Shown here piece after piece: positions 9,237-19,502 of a stretch of DNA of 64,000 nt. Position numbers and translations under genes: made by a program. The stretch's first letter is position 1; the number at the start of each line of letters is the position of its first letter. The notes below the pieces were generated by a model. The model was given only the letters and a program-made list of their open reading frames with translations, did no database searches and was not told the origin of the DNA. The stretch lies in the IMG/VR virus record IMGVR_UViG_3300032397_000006, positions 1 through 64,000 of that record; one strand, 5' to 3'. The DNA comes from a virus.

Positions 9237-10604
9237 TTACCCTACGAGTGCCCCTGTGTTAACCGCGATCGTTTTGAACGTCACGCCGACCGGCCAGCCG
9301 TCCACGCGTACGCACTCGAAATGCAGCGCGTTCGTGATAGGCGTCACCGTGGAGCCTTCGTATTGATAGCCGAACACCGCGCCGTCGTAGACCACCTCAT
9401 AGCGCGTGATTTCCGGCAGCTTCGCGAGCACCACGCAAGCAACGAGCCCAGCTGCATCGAATACGTCGAAGCTCACGACCTCGCCGACTGTGATCGTGCC
9501 ATCTGAGGGCAGCAAATTCACGACCGCTGGCGCGACGATAATAGGCACGGGAATCAGCGGTAGTGTTGCTGCGATATCCCGATTTGTAGGATCGACCAGC
9601 GTGTAGCTAATAGCAGGCGTACTGAATTCTAGCAGACTGTCAGCGCTGCGATCGGAGGGGGCGTTATCGGTGAATCCCGCTGCTGCGGCAGGCAGAGCTG
9701 TTGCACCTGAAATGAATTGCTGTACTGGGCTATCGACAAATGCCGTCGAAGTCAGATCGCCGACTGTAAGCGGTGAAAGGAACGTGTCTCCGAGCAGGTT
9801 TGTGCTTTGATCTGCGACTCGGTTTGCCAAATCGTAGCTGATGCTTGGTGTAGCAAACTCTAGCAACGCGTCTGCACTCTGTGTGCTGGGCGCATTATCG
9901 ATTGGCCCCGCAGCAGTTTCCGGTGTGCTCGTGCTGCCAGCCGGATCGGCCTGTAAGTCGTCGAGTTTGTCATTTAGGACGAGGTTCTGTGAAAACTCGA
10001 TCCACGGCGCGAGCGTTGTATCTGTGCTGGTTTCGTCCTCAGGTAGATCACCCGTTGCGGGATCGTCGTGCCAGCGCAGCGTGACGTTGTAGCTCGTCGC
10101 GCTCGCTACGTGCGTGCGGTGTCCGATCTCGACAACGAGGTAATCGCCCGCCTGCGCACTCACGGATGTCAGCGTGTTCGTGGCTGCTAAGAGCGGTATG
10201 CGCCTGTTCGTGGCAGTCGTAACGAACTCACTTGAGAGCGCTCCTGCATCCGACGCGAGCAGCGTACCGCGCACGGTACCGTCCTCGCTTATTACCCGGA
10301 TCTCACACTGCACGCGGCAGTCTTGTGCGGTGTCGCTTTCGCTGAATAGTGCATAGCCTTTGATCGTGCCCGTGATCGTTTGCGCTGCGCCGAGACGCGC
10401 AATGAATTGTGCGTTGAGCTTATTGAGAATCGACGCTGTCGTCTCGCTCGACGTGTTGACGAAAGGCGCTGTGCTTAGGGCAGCCTGATGCTTCACCGTG
10501 CGCATGCGTGCGCGCTGCGGCGTCGAACCTGCAGCGCTCCACGTCGCGCTAAACGCGAGCGCTGGCGTAGTAATGAGCTGCCCGAAGTAAAAGCGCGTTG
10601 CCAT
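9237..10604 (-). CDS. Putative virion structural protein with an internal 24-aa repeat
   Basis: 455 aa, Thr/Ala/Ser-rich; DNAPSTQSADALLEFATPSISYDL and DNAPSDRSADSLLEFSTPAISYTL. Confidence 0.55.
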   Translation of the reverse strand: MATRFYFGQLITTPALAFSATWSAAGSTPQRARMRTVKHQAALSTAPFVNTSSETTASILNKLNAQFIARLGAAQTITGTIKGYALFSESDTAQDCRVQCEIRVISEDGTVRGTLLASDAGALSSEFVTTATNRRIPLLAATNTLTSVSAQAGDYLVVEIGHRTHVASATSYNVTLRWHDDPATGDLPEDETSTDTTLAPWIEFSQNLVLNDKLDDLQADPAGSTSTPETAAGPIDNAPSTQSADALLEFATPSISYDLANRVADQSTNLLGDTFLSPLTVGDLTSTAFVDSPVQQFISGATALPAAAAGFTDNAPSDRSADSLLEFSTPAISYTLVDPTNRDIAATLPLIPVPIIVAPAVVNLLPSDGTITVGEVVSFDVFDAAGLVACVVLAKLPEITRYEVVYDGAVFGYQYEGSTVTPITNALHFECVRVDGWPVGVTFKTIAVNTGALVG

Positions 10605-10607
10605 TGC

Positions 10608-12329
10608 TTAGAGTACAGGCTGGATCGAGACAGGCGATCCGTCGTGAGGCCCGAGTACCATAGCGCCACCTCCCCAGTTATTAGGCGTGTCCTGTCCAGG
10701 GTAGGCTATTTGCACCCAGCCGGGATCGCCTCCGTACACGTCGAATAGAAATCCTCCATTTACCCAATAGAGCCAGCGAAGGGATCCTTTGTACATACGC
10801 GCATTGCCGTAGGAAGTGAGCCATATTTTCTCACGAGGTCGAATAAGCGGGTTTGCGCTAGCGAGCATAACCTGTGCCCATACCGCTGCATCTCGTTGCG
10901 GATAAAAAGAGGACTGTGAAAGTTTCGCCGCAAGCACCATAAATTCTGTAAAGGCCTCGCCCGAAAGAGAACGCCCCCGCCAGCCTGCAAACGGCCCTGC
11001 GTAATTGCTACCCGGCGCTAGAGCGTCCATGAAGTAGAAAGACAGCATATTCATCGTAGTTATATTTAGAGCAGTACCGCTACTGAGTCGGTTAGGCGTG
11101 TTTAGGGCTTTCGTTCCAAATTGCGCGCAAGACACGTAAAGAGAAATTTCCCCATCTTCGGTGTCGTTCAGACGTTGCAGCCCGTACAGAGGGCCGCCTG
11201 ACTGCTGATTGCTGGCGACGTTATTGTAGTAAGCTGAGAAATTCAGCGCGATAGATCCGTCCGCCGAGTAGTTCTGTTCGGGGATCGCATCTACGCAAAC
11301 AATAAGCCCAGTTACCGCAATATTGCCCGTAACGTTGATAATATTCACAGCGGTGCCCGGCGTTGAATTCGTTCCGTAGGCAACCCAGGCGTGTGTGGGG
11401 AACGCATTTCCTGTACCGCCGCCGCCAGGATGTACGGTCGCCGTACATCCCGCTGCTGTGGCAAGCGTAGAAAACAGCTCAGCTGACTCCGCTGCCTTAT
11501 CTACCTGTATGAAAAAGATCTGGATCTGCGTTTGATTCGCGGGTTTGATTATGCAGATCTCGTGTACGTAGTCGATCGCAGTACCTACCTGCGTCACGGT
11601 TGCGCCAGATTTCGAACCCGTGATCAGATTGCCTGTATCCCAGCCGTGGGCGCCTGTTCCAGTGCCGCGCAGACGCGGAGCCACCACGAGCCAGCCGACC
11701 GCGTTGTAATACGTGTATCCTACTAACTCGCCCTCGGCTCCTGTGCTGGCCTGCACGATGTTTTCGCCACGCTTAAAGGCGCCTGTACTGGCTGCCGTGA
11801 TCGGGATCTTGAGTACAGAAGGCCCCTGTCCTACCCACCAACCTATGGCGTTGGGCGCCGTGTACGCCGAAAACTGCTCCCCTAGAGGGTCGTAGATGCT
11901 CCACGTGAGAGATCCGTTACTCGCGTCAGCTGCGACTGCGAAATTGCGCGCGTCGATTCGAACTGACGTGGAGCTGATGATTTCTTCGATCTGATGAAAG
12001 TGATTATTCGCCGCAGTGGCACCTCCCGTAATAACCAGGAAGCGCCCTTTATCTGCTGCAACTATTCCAGTCAGGCCTGTAACGGTAGCGCGCCCTCGCG
12101 TAGGCGTCGCAATGCTCGCTGCTGCAGCGCCAGCGTTTGTCGTGGCCTGCCCCGTCGCTCCCCACTTGTCTAGCGCAGGATCGCCTGTTGTCTCTTTTGC
12201 AGTACCGTCACTAGAAGCTTTGTACTTCCAGCCCGCTTTGCGCATCGTTTTCGTGAATTCCCAGAATCCCCGAAACCCGGTAGTGTTCCCTATGTAAAGG
12301 GTCCGACGAACGTGATTTACTGTGGGCAT
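10608..12329 (-). CDS. Putative virion fibre/decoration protein, paralogue 3
   Basis: 573 aa; shares NAGAAAASIA.PTRGRAT.TGLTGIVAADKGRFL and CVDAIPEQNYSADGS with the next two genes. Confidence 0.6.
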   Translation of the reverse strand: MPTVNHVRRTLYIGNTTGFRGFWEFTKTMRKAGWKYKASSDGTAKETTGDPALDKWGATGQATTNAGAAAASIATPTRGRATVTGLTGIVAADKGRFLVITGGATAANNHFHQIEEIISSTSVRIDARNFAVAADASNGSLTWSIYDPLGEQFSAYTAPNAIGWWVGQGPSVLKIPITAASTGAFKRGENIVQASTGAEGELVGYTYYNAVGWLVVAPRLRGTGTGAHGWDTGNLITGSKSGATVTQVGTAIDYVHEICIIKPANQTQIQIFFIQVDKAAESAELFSTLATAAGCTATVHPGGGGTGNAFPTHAWVAYGTNSTPGTAVNIINVTGNIAVTGLIVCVDAIPEQNYSADGSIALNFSAYYNNVASNQQSGGPLYGLQRLNDTEDGEISLYVSCAQFGTKALNTPNRLSSGTALNITTMNMLSFYFMDALAPGSNYAGPFAGWRGRSLSGEAFTEFMVLAAKLSQSSFYPQRDAAVWAQVMLASANPLIRPREKIWLTSYGNARMYKGSLRWLYWVNGGFLFDVYGGDPGWVQIAYPGQDTPNNWGGGAMVLGPHDGSPVSIQPVL

Positions 12330-12344
12330 TTTGCGCTTTCCTTT

Positions 12345-14090
12345 TTACTGACTCAAGGCCCAGGCGGCACCGTCGCTCGGGCCCACCACCATCGCGCCAA
12401 GATTGTAGGACGAGAGCTGTGTCCACGCGGGATCTGTCCCGTAGACATCTGTCACTTGATCTCCGCTTACCCAGTAAAGCCAGCGGAGGGATCCTTTTGC
12501 GACGTGCGACGTTCCTGATACGGCTGCGCGCGCAGAGTACAGCGTAATCAGCTCGCGCGTTTTTGCGTAGGGACTAGCACTAGAAGCCATGCGGATTGCC
12601 GGCGTTTGACTACGCGCGAGCTCGAAAGCAGGGTTGTTGCCTACAAAAATAGAATCAAGTGCGCCCAACTCAAAATCTGTAAAATGCTCTGGTACTGAGC
12701 CATTTACGAGCGTGCCTATTCCGCGTGCACGCCAACCGTTGAAAAACACACGTGTAGTTCCGACTAAGGCACTCAGCGGCAAACGGCATATGTCGGTTTG
12801 CCCGGCTACGGTGGTCAGCGTGCCAGCGGTTGTGCGCGAGTTTCCGTAAAGTGTCTTCGTGCCGCCAGGATTGATCGTTACGTAAGGGGACAGCTCCCCT
12901 TCCTCGATATTATCAAGGCGATTAAACCCGTAGAGAATCCCGCCAACCGGCGCAGTAGTCGTCGCCTGCGTCGTGAGAATGAATAGATTCCACGAACCAT
13001 CCGCCGAGTAGTTCTGCTCGGGGATCGCATCCACGCAGACGTACTGGCTGTTGAGAAACAGGAATGTGGAAGTATTCGCCGCGACAAGCGAGCCGTTACC
13101 CGCCGTCGTGTTCGTTCCCCACATCACCCAGGCGTGCGCGCCAAACGTGTTGCCTGTACCGCCGCCGCCAGGGTGCACTGTCGCGGTGCACCCTGATTGC
13201 GTCGCGTTGAAGCTGAAAAGCTCAGTTGCCTCCGTGCCCACCGTCGCGGCCTGCGTGACCAGGATCTGCATGGTCGTGTTCGCAGTAGGCTTGATAAATA
13301 CGACCTCGTAGACGTAATCGATCGCCGTGCCGTTCTGAGTCACGGTCGCCGCCGAGTCTCCGCCCGTCACTACGTTGCCGGTATCCCAGCCCCACACGCC
13401 CGTGCCCGTCCCGCGCAGCCTGGGAGCCACCACAAGCCAGCCCGTGTCGCGGTAGTACGTGTAACCGAGCAATTCTCCCTCGGCCCCTGTAGAGGCCTGC
13501 ACGAGGTTTTCGCCGACCTGGAAAGTGCCAGACGCTGCGACCGTGACCGGGATCTTGAGCACGCTCGGTCCCTGCGCGCACCACCAGGCGATGCTAGCGT
13601 CGAGCGTGGCAGTCACAGTCGAGTAAAGGTCGCCTAACGGATCGAGGATGCTCCACGTCAAAGCACCGTTGCTCGCGTCGCTGGCGACCGCAAACTGCCT
13701 CGCGTCGATCCGGACTGAAGTAGAGCTCAGCACTTCTTCGATCTGGTGCTGATTGTTGTTTGCGCTTGTCGTAGCGCCACTGATCAAAAGGAAACGCCCT
13801 TTGTCTGCGGCGACAATGCCCGTGAGCCCTGTGACCGTCGCTCGACCTCGAGTAGGGGCAGCAATACTCGCCGCTGCAGCGCCCGCGTTCGACGTGACGC
13901 CGCCGCCCCACTGATCCGCTGCGGGATCTCCGTTCGACACCTTCGTTGTGCCGTTGCTGGACGCTTTGAACTTCCAGCCTGTTTTCTTGAGCGCGCGCGT
14001 AAGCTTCCAGAAGCATTCGAATCCCTTGGTCTGCACGAGACCCAAAGGGTAATTATTGACGCGTACGTGATTAACTGTCGCCATGCGCAA
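12345..14090 (-). CDS. Putative virion fibre/decoration protein, paralogue 2
   Basis: 581 aa; same conserved blocks. Confidence 0.6.
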   Translation of the reverse strand: MRMATVNHVRVNNYPLGLVQTKGFECFWKLTRALKKTGWKFKASSNGTTKVSNGDPAADQWGGGVTSNAGAAAASIAAPTRGRATVTGLTGIVAADKGRFLLISGATTSANNNQHQIEEVLSSTSVRIDARQFAVASDASNGALTWSILDPLGDLYSTVTATLDASIAWWCAQGPSVLKIPVTVAASGTFQVGENLVQASTGAEGELLGYTYYRDTGWLVVAPRLRGTGTGVWGWDTGNVVTGGDSAATVTQNGTAIDYVYEVVFIKPTANTTMQILVTQAATVGTEATELFSFNATQSGCTATVHPGGGGTGNTFGAHAWVMWGTNTTAGNGSLVAANTSTFLFLNSQYVCVDAIPEQNYSADGSWNLFILTTQATTTAPVGGILYGFNRLDNIEEGELSPYVTINPGGTKTLYGNSRTTAGTLTTVAGQTDICRLPLSALVGTTRVFFNGWRARGIGTLVNGSVPEHFTDFELGALDSIFVGNNPAFELARSQTPAIRMASSASPYAKTRELITLYSARAAVSGTSHVAKGSLRWLYWVSGDQVTDVYGTDPAWTQLSSYNLGAMVVGPSDGAAWALSQ

Positions 14091-14099
14091 TGCTCCGAA

Positions 14100-15752
14100 T
14101 CAGAGATTTAGAACCCATGCGGTCCCATCGTGAGGGCCTATAATCGTACCTGGCATAATGTTCCCGGTTTGAACCCATGCCGGGTCAGTGCCGAATACGT
14201 CTGTCGCCTGCTCGCCTGCGAACAAGTAGATCCACTTGAAAGTGCCTTTGAATACCTTACCGCCAAGGCGGGCACTGATTACCCAAATCGGTTCGCGCAC
14301 ACGAGACGTGGAGTCGGGACTTGTCGCGATACGCGTTACGTCGATCGTATTCAGGTTCTGTATAAAAGAGGCACTCTGTATGCCTTGCAGAATGCACGGC
14401 TCGAATTCTTCGAAACTTTCCGAAGTGAGCGCTCGCCTGCGCCAGCCGTTTAGGCAAGTGCGGGTAGTGCCTACCTGCAGCATTTGCAGCCCGCCTTGGG
14501 AAAGGGTGATCGTAGGCACCGCGCCTGCGCTCGTACGATTCTGACCGTATAAGGTTTTCACTCCACCGTGATTGATCGAAACGTACGGCGAGAAATCGGC
14601 ATCCTCGATATCGTTCAGGCGCTGCAAACCGAGCAAGCTAAATCCATCAGGATTGCCGCTCGCAACGAACGAGTAAATCAGCGCCCACGATCCATCAGCT
14701 GAGTAGTTCTGCTCAGGGATCGCGTCTACGCAGATCACGTGCCCACGTACCGCAGTATTTGCTTGAATCGGGACTCCTGAACCTGGAGCCGTACCCGCCC
14801 CCCATGCCACCCAGGCATGCGCTCCGAATGCGTTTCCCGTACCTCCCCCGCCAGGGTGCACCGTTGCTGTGCACCCCGCTTGCGTTGCGCAGAAAGAGAA
14901 CATCTCGGCAGAGTCCGCAACGGTTTCAAAATGACCAATGAGCAGCTGCGCTATTTCGGTTGCTGCCGTGGGCTTTGCGAACACCAGCTCATGTACGTAC
15001 TCGAGCGCTGTTCCGTTTTGCGTAAGGGTAGCGCCGGAATTGGCACCGCTTACGGCATTCCCGGTATCCCACCCGTAAACACCGGAGCCCGTGCCGCGTA
15101 AACGAGGCGCTACGTTCAAATAGCCGACGCCTGCGCTAAATGTGTACCCTAGTAATTCACCTTCCGCACCTGTCGAGGTCTGCGTGATATTCTCGCCTCG
15201 AATAAAGTTGCCCGTAGCTGCGACCGTGAACGGAATACGAAGAATGCTCGGCCCCTGCCCGCACCACCAAAGCACGGCGGCTGACGTAGCTGCGGCAGTC
15301 GTCGTCGGATCGAGAATGCTCCACGTCAGGGCACCGTTGCTTGCGTCGCTTGCTACCGCGAATTGCCGTGCGTCGATCCGGACTGAGGTAGAGCTCAGCA
15401 CTTCTTCGATCTGGTGCTGGTTATTGTTGGCTCCTGTAGAGGCCCCGCTGATCAGGAGAAAGCGCCCTTTATCCGCCGCAACGATCCCAGTCAGTCCTGT
15501 GATCGTTGCTCGACCTCGAGTAGGGGCAGCGATACTCGCTGCTGCAGCGCCCGCGTTCGTAGTCGTGCCCGCGCCTGCAACTTGATCTAGAGCAGGATTT
15601 CCGTTCGACACCTTCGTTGTACCGTCGCCGGACGCCTTGAATTTCCACCCTGATTTTTTCAAGGCGCGTACAAGTGAGATCATCCACGTCGGCCAGCCTT
15701 GCAATGCGGATGGCGCAAGGTTGTTCAGACGTACGTTATTCGTGGTGCTCAT
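14100..15752 (-). CDS. Putative virion fibre/decoration protein, paralogue 1
   Basis: 550 aa; same conserved blocks. Confidence 0.6.
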   Translation of the reverse strand: MSTTNNVRLNNLAPSALQGWPTWMISLVRALKKSGWKFKASGDGTTKVSNGNPALDQVAGAGTTTNAGAAAASIAAPTRGRATITGLTGIVAADKGRFLLISGASTGANNNQHQIEEVLSSTSVRIDARQFAVASDASNGALTWSILDPTTTAAATSAAVLWWCGQGPSILRIPFTVAATGNFIRGENITQTSTGAEGELLGYTFSAGVGYLNVAPRLRGTGSGVYGWDTGNAVSGANSGATLTQNGTALEYVHELVFAKPTAATEIAQLLIGHFETVADSAEMFSFCATQAGCTATVHPGGGGTGNAFGAHAWVAWGAGTAPGSGVPIQANTAVRGHVICVDAIPEQNYSADGSWALIYSFVASGNPDGFSLLGLQRLNDIEDADFSPYVSINHGGVKTLYGQNRTSAGAVPTITLSQGGLQMLQVGTTRTCLNGWRRRALTSESFEEFEPCILQGIQSASFIQNLNTIDVTRIATSPDSTSRVREPIWVISARLGGKVFKGTFKWIYLFAGEQATDVFGTDPAWVQTGNIMPGTIIGPHDGTAWVLNL

Positions 15753-15758
15753 TGCGGC

Positions 15759-16616
15759 CTACCCTACCGCGACAAAGGCATCTTGATAACCGCGTTGCTG
15801 CATGCGGGAGGCCTGCGCGGGATCAAACTCGAGCGAATCTTGACCTTCACTGAGCAGCTCAGTTTTAGGGCGGATAATCGTTATCGAGATCGGGCGCTTT
15901 TCTGTCAGTCTCGCCATAGCCAACTCCGTGTACAGCTGAGCTCCCGCGAGGTCCCCTTCCAGGATCTCAGTCCCCGCGATGTCTGCCGCGCGGACAATAG
16001 CAGAGAACGCATTCGTCACGGGTGTTGCGTACTCGCGCTTTTCTGGAGTCAGGAGCACAGCGATTATCTCAGTCGCGCCCGCTCGGATCGCAGCTCGGAT
16101 TGGCGCCACGTCTCGTACGGCGCCGTCGCACCACAATCCGCCGTCGAGCTCCACAGGACAGAATATCCCGGGCACTGCCGCGGACGCGATTACCGCGGGG
16201 ATAATGAACGGCGATTGCTCAGTGAAAATCTTCGCGTAGCCGGTGTGCACGCTCGTTGCGCCCACGCGCAAGAGCTTCCCGCTATTCCGGAGTTTCGCTT
16301 CTCTGAGCCTCCTGTGTACGAGCTCGTGAAAAGGCGTAGCGTCCACCATCCCTAGTTTCCACAGTCCGCTCACGCGCCCGAGCGGCCACCAGGAGCGCCA
16401 AACATCAGCGGTGCGCATGCCCAGAATCGAGCGGAGGGCTGCGGCAGCGCTGACCTCGTAGCCCGTGGCGTACTGAGCGAGAATCGCGGCAACCAGGGCG
16501 CCTGCACTATTCCCTGCGTAGATGTCGAATTGCAGCCCAGCATTGAGTAAGCGCTGCGCCGCTCCAACGAGGTACGCGATTCGTGCGCCACCACTTCCCA
16601 GCACAAGCGCTTTCAC
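15759..16616 (-). CDS. Patatin-like phospholipase
   Basis: ALVLGSGGAR glycine-rich loop, GNSAG nucleophile elbow, ASAAVPGIF.PV and DGA catalytic Asp; GAGGTG ribosome-binding site upstream. Confidence 0.9.
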   Translation of the reverse strand: MKALVLGSGGARIAYLVGAAQRLLNAGLQFDIYAGNSAGALVAAILAQYATGYEVSAAAALRSILGMRTADVWRSWWPLGRVSGLWKLGMVDATPFHELVHRRLREAKLRNSGKLLRVGATSVHTGYAKIFTEQSPFIIPAVIASAAVPGIFCPVELDGGLWCDGAVRDVAPIRAAIRAGATEIIAVLLTPEKREYATPVTNAFSAIVRAADIAGTEILEGDLAGAQLYTELAMARLTEKRPISITIIRPKTELLSEGQDSLEFDPAQASRMQQRGYQDAFVAVG

Positions 16617-16625
16617 AGCACACCT

Positions 16626-16757
16626 CTATTTGAAAAAGTCAATTACGGGCGATATATCCTGAGTCGCTAAAAACCATAACAGCAGAGGGAGCCCTAACCC
16701 GAAAAGCACCAATCCGAGCACGTCTATCAGCATCTGTTTCAGCTCGGATTTACGCAT
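16626..16757 (-). CDS. Small single-transmembrane protein (43 aa)
   Basis: Translated by hand: MRKSELKQMLIDVLGLVLFGLGLPLLLWFLATQDISPVIDFFK; fills the gap before the patatin. Confidence 0.45.
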   Translation of the reverse strand: MRKSELKQMLIDVLGLVLFGLGLPLLLWFLATQDISPVIDFFK

Positions 16758-16815
16758 GTCCTTACTGTGTTCGTGCTGGCGACCAGCAATCTCTCAACTT
16801 TCATGGCTTACTCTC

Positions 16816-17778
16816 CTAAACTGTTGTCCAGTAGCGCGACACGAGCACACGCCACACTACGTCGATCGTATGTCCGCCGCCTTCGTTGTGCAGCACGCAT
16901 TCAAAGCGCCACTCAGGCAGGCACAACGAGGCGTTGATGTTCTGCGGCTCGTACTTCGCCTTGCCAGAGCCGAGCAGCAGCTCTTTAGCCACGAACCGAG
17001 TCAGGTCGAACCGTTGCGAGATCAGATGGAACTTGGCCGTACCTTGGCCGTATTCGTTCGGAGGGCTCGTGCTGACAGTAGTAGTACCGCCGAACTGCAT
17101 GTTGGCTGGCAGCGCGTAATCCCAGTAGCCGTCTTCTGCCGGAGCAGGCACAGGGTGAGCTTCGTCGAGGTCCACGTTGTACGCGCCGTTGCCTGCCGCA
17201 GGAACGATCACGCCATAGTAGACGTTGCAGTTGCCGGTGTTTCCACCTGACGATGCGGTGACGGGCGTGGCAGGCGCGTACACGCAGAACGAAACGTGGT
17301 CCCCTATCGTGGCGCCTTGGAACATTAGTTCACCGCCTGCCATCCAAACAGGATCGCGGTACTGCCACGACGTGTCAGTGTCGCCGTCTACTGATTTCGA
17401 GAGCTTGAACTGACCGCCAGCGCGTAACGCCCCAGCCGTATCGCCGATCGAATGCCAGTAGTGCCACTGGTTTGCATCCAACGTAACGGGCTGAGTGACA
17501 AGGCGTCCTTCGCGGTTCCGCTGTTCTATGGCGTTATTGAACGAGTCCGCAGCAAGCATCTCGTCATAGGCATCGAGATCGGCATCGTTCTGCGCCTGAG
17601 AGTATGTGGCTTCGATCGCGTACGGCACTACGCCGCGCCACATCGTGCAGCTGTGCTTCTCTCCGCCATCCTCGAACCAACAGTTTACCTGCGTGCCAAG
17701 CTCCGAGCTTTGTACGCTCGCTTTTCGCAGCACACTCGCGGCTAGCCATTCTTGCCAAACATATGAACGCTGCGTCAT
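16816..17778 (-). CDS. Hypothetical protein, probably virion-associated
   Basis: 320 aa, tightly packed in the structural operon. Confidence 0.6.
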   Translation of the reverse strand: MTQRSYVWQEWLAASVLRKASVQSSELGTQVNCWFEDGGEKHSCTMWRGVVPYAIEATYSQAQNDADLDAYDEMLAADSFNNAIEQRNREGRLVTQPVTLDANQWHYWHSIGDTAGALRAGGQFKLSKSVDGDTDTSWQYRDPVWMAGGELMFQGATIGDHVSFCVYAPATPVTASSGGNTGNCNVYYGVIVPAAGNGAYNVDLDEAHPVPAPAEDGYWDYALPANMQFGGTTTVSTSPPNEYGQGTAKFHLISQRFDLTRFVAKELLLGSGKAKYEPQNINASLCLPEWRFECVLHNEGGGHTIDVVWRVLVSRYWTTV

Positions 17779-17786
17779 CGTGTCCC

Positions 17787-19496
17787 TCAGGCGTCGTATG
17801 AGTCAAAGCTGCCGCGATAGTTGAATGCAGAGCCCGTGGCCGTGGTGACGTACAACGTGATGCGCGCCGGCCCGGCTACTTGGATCTGCGAACCGTAAGA
17901 TCTGAAGACTGAGCTATCCAAGCCAGCAACCGTGATGCCGTCTGAGACCTGCTTTTCGACTGCGTTTGCAGCACCGATGACTTTGGCGCGCAGGAAGCCA
18001 ATACAAGAACCTGCCGTGTTCGTGACGTTGGAGCCGATCAACACGCCTGTGACGTTGGCCGTCTTGCCCGTCACTACGTAGTGATGCGCGAGGAAAGTGC
18101 GGTTGTCGGTTGCGCCGATCGTGGCCACTGTAGCGCCTGCGCCCGCTAGGCCAGCCTTTAGAGTAAGAATGCCGACGTTGGAACCTGTGGAACCAACAGT
18201 GAGCACTTCGATCTTCTCGATGAAGCACTTTGTGGCGGTCACCAGGTTGACGAACGTAACACCGTTCAACGTGACATCTTCGGTACCCGCAGTCGCGCCA
18301 GTCGCATCGACGTAGAAAATGCGGACTGTGCGCGCACCCGTGCCCGCTGCCGCATCGCTCGCACTGCTCGATGCGATCGAGCCGGTGAAGTTCGCGGACT
18401 GCTCCGTATAGGCAGTGCGATACAGGGCCGCTGTAGTGATCGCAGCAAGCGCTATGTCGCCGAATGCTAGCGACGGCGCAGCAGCCGATGGAGTAGTCGT
18501 AACTGCAAGCACCTGATCGCTTGGGAATACGATCGGGATCGAGTTGGCCATTGTTTTCTGGCCGATAGTCGGTGCTGTTGATCCGAGCCACGCACCGTTG
18601 TTGATATCGAGCCTTCCACTGATCAGCGCAGCAGGTAGCCGTGTGAGCAGTTGCTTCAACCGGCCGATCACTGTGAGCGCGGTGTCAGCGTCGCCCGTCG
18701 CGCCCGTTGCGGTATTGATCGCCGCGACGGTACTCTCTGTCGCCCGCGTGCTCAACAGCACGTCTAGGTTGTCAGTCTTGGCCTTGATCAACGCAGCCGT
18801 CGCCTGCGTGGCCAGCGTCGCTACCGTCGCCTCCGTTGCGGCGCCAGCAGGCAAGGCACTGCTCGCTACGTCGACATCGCCGATATTGTTGGTGCCCGCC
18901 GGCAACGGGTCGGTGATTTTCTTGACGCCTGTTGTGTCGCGAATCCCCGTAAGGATTGTCTCGATATCCGCTGCGTTCGTATTGAGCGCAGACAGCGTGC
19001 TCTCTGTTGCCCTCGTGCTCAGCGCTACGTCGAGGCTCGACGCGCTAATGGGCTGCACCGTGCTGCCCGTGGGATCTACGCGTAGCGGATGCGCGGCGTC
19101 GCCGAGAAAGTCTACATTGTTCGGGCTGAGGATCTTACCGTTGGAATCGATCGTACCGCTCGTCACCGACACCGAGCCGCCCGTCACATTCACGTTCTGC
19201 GGATCATCAGGTAGTGCCAAACCGGAATGCGCGTAGAGCAAGCTCCCCGAAATAGGAGGATGCTCCGCGGGTGCAGAAGCTCCGCCGTCAAATGTGACTT
19301 TCTCGCCCGCGGAGAGCGGATCTTTAAACCAGATCGTTACAGTGTCATTTCCGGGCGCAACGATGCCGCCTGCTACGAAATCGATCATTGTGACGATCGA
19401 GCTAAGTTCGATCTCTTGGCGCAGACGCGCAACGCTCACCAGCCCTGACGGGATTTCAGTGCTGATCGTGTAGACGTAGCTGGTAGGCGTCGGCAT
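17787..19496 (-). CDS. Putative virion structural/fibre protein
   Basis: 569 aa, Thr/Ala/Gly-rich; LPAGTNNIGDVDV motif and duplicated LDV.LSTRATEST. Confidence 0.6.
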   Translation of the reverse strand: MPTPTSYVYTISTEIPSGLVSVARLRQEIELSSIVTMIDFVAGGIVAPGNDTVTIWFKDPLSAGEKVTFDGGASAPAEHPPISGSLLYAHSGLALPDDPQNVNVTGGSVSVTSGTIDSNGKILSPNNVDFLGDAAHPLRVDPTGSTVQPISASSLDVALSTRATESTLSALNTNAADIETILTGIRDTTGVKKITDPLPAGTNNIGDVDVASSALPAGAATEATVATLATQATAALIKAKTDNLDVLLSTRATESTVAAINTATGATGDADTALTVIGRLKQLLTRLPAALISGRLDINNGAWLGSTAPTIGQKTMANSIPIVFPSDQVLAVTTTPSAAAPSLAFGDIALAAITTAALYRTAYTEQSANFTGSIASSSASDAAAGTGARTVRIFYVDATGATAGTEDVTLNGVTFVNLVTATKCFIEKIEVLTVGSTGSNVGILTLKAGLAGAGATVATIGATDNRTFLAHHYVVTGKTANVTGVLIGSNVTNTAGSCIGFLRAKVIGAANAVEKQVSDGITVAGLDSSVFRSYGSQIQVAGPARITLYVTTATGSAFNYRGSFDSYDA

Positions 19497-19502
19497 GAAT
19501 CC

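Noticed and set aside
16739-16804. 21-codon ORF (MKVERLLVAS...) behind a strong AGGAGA site
   Set aside because: Too short to support without homologues.
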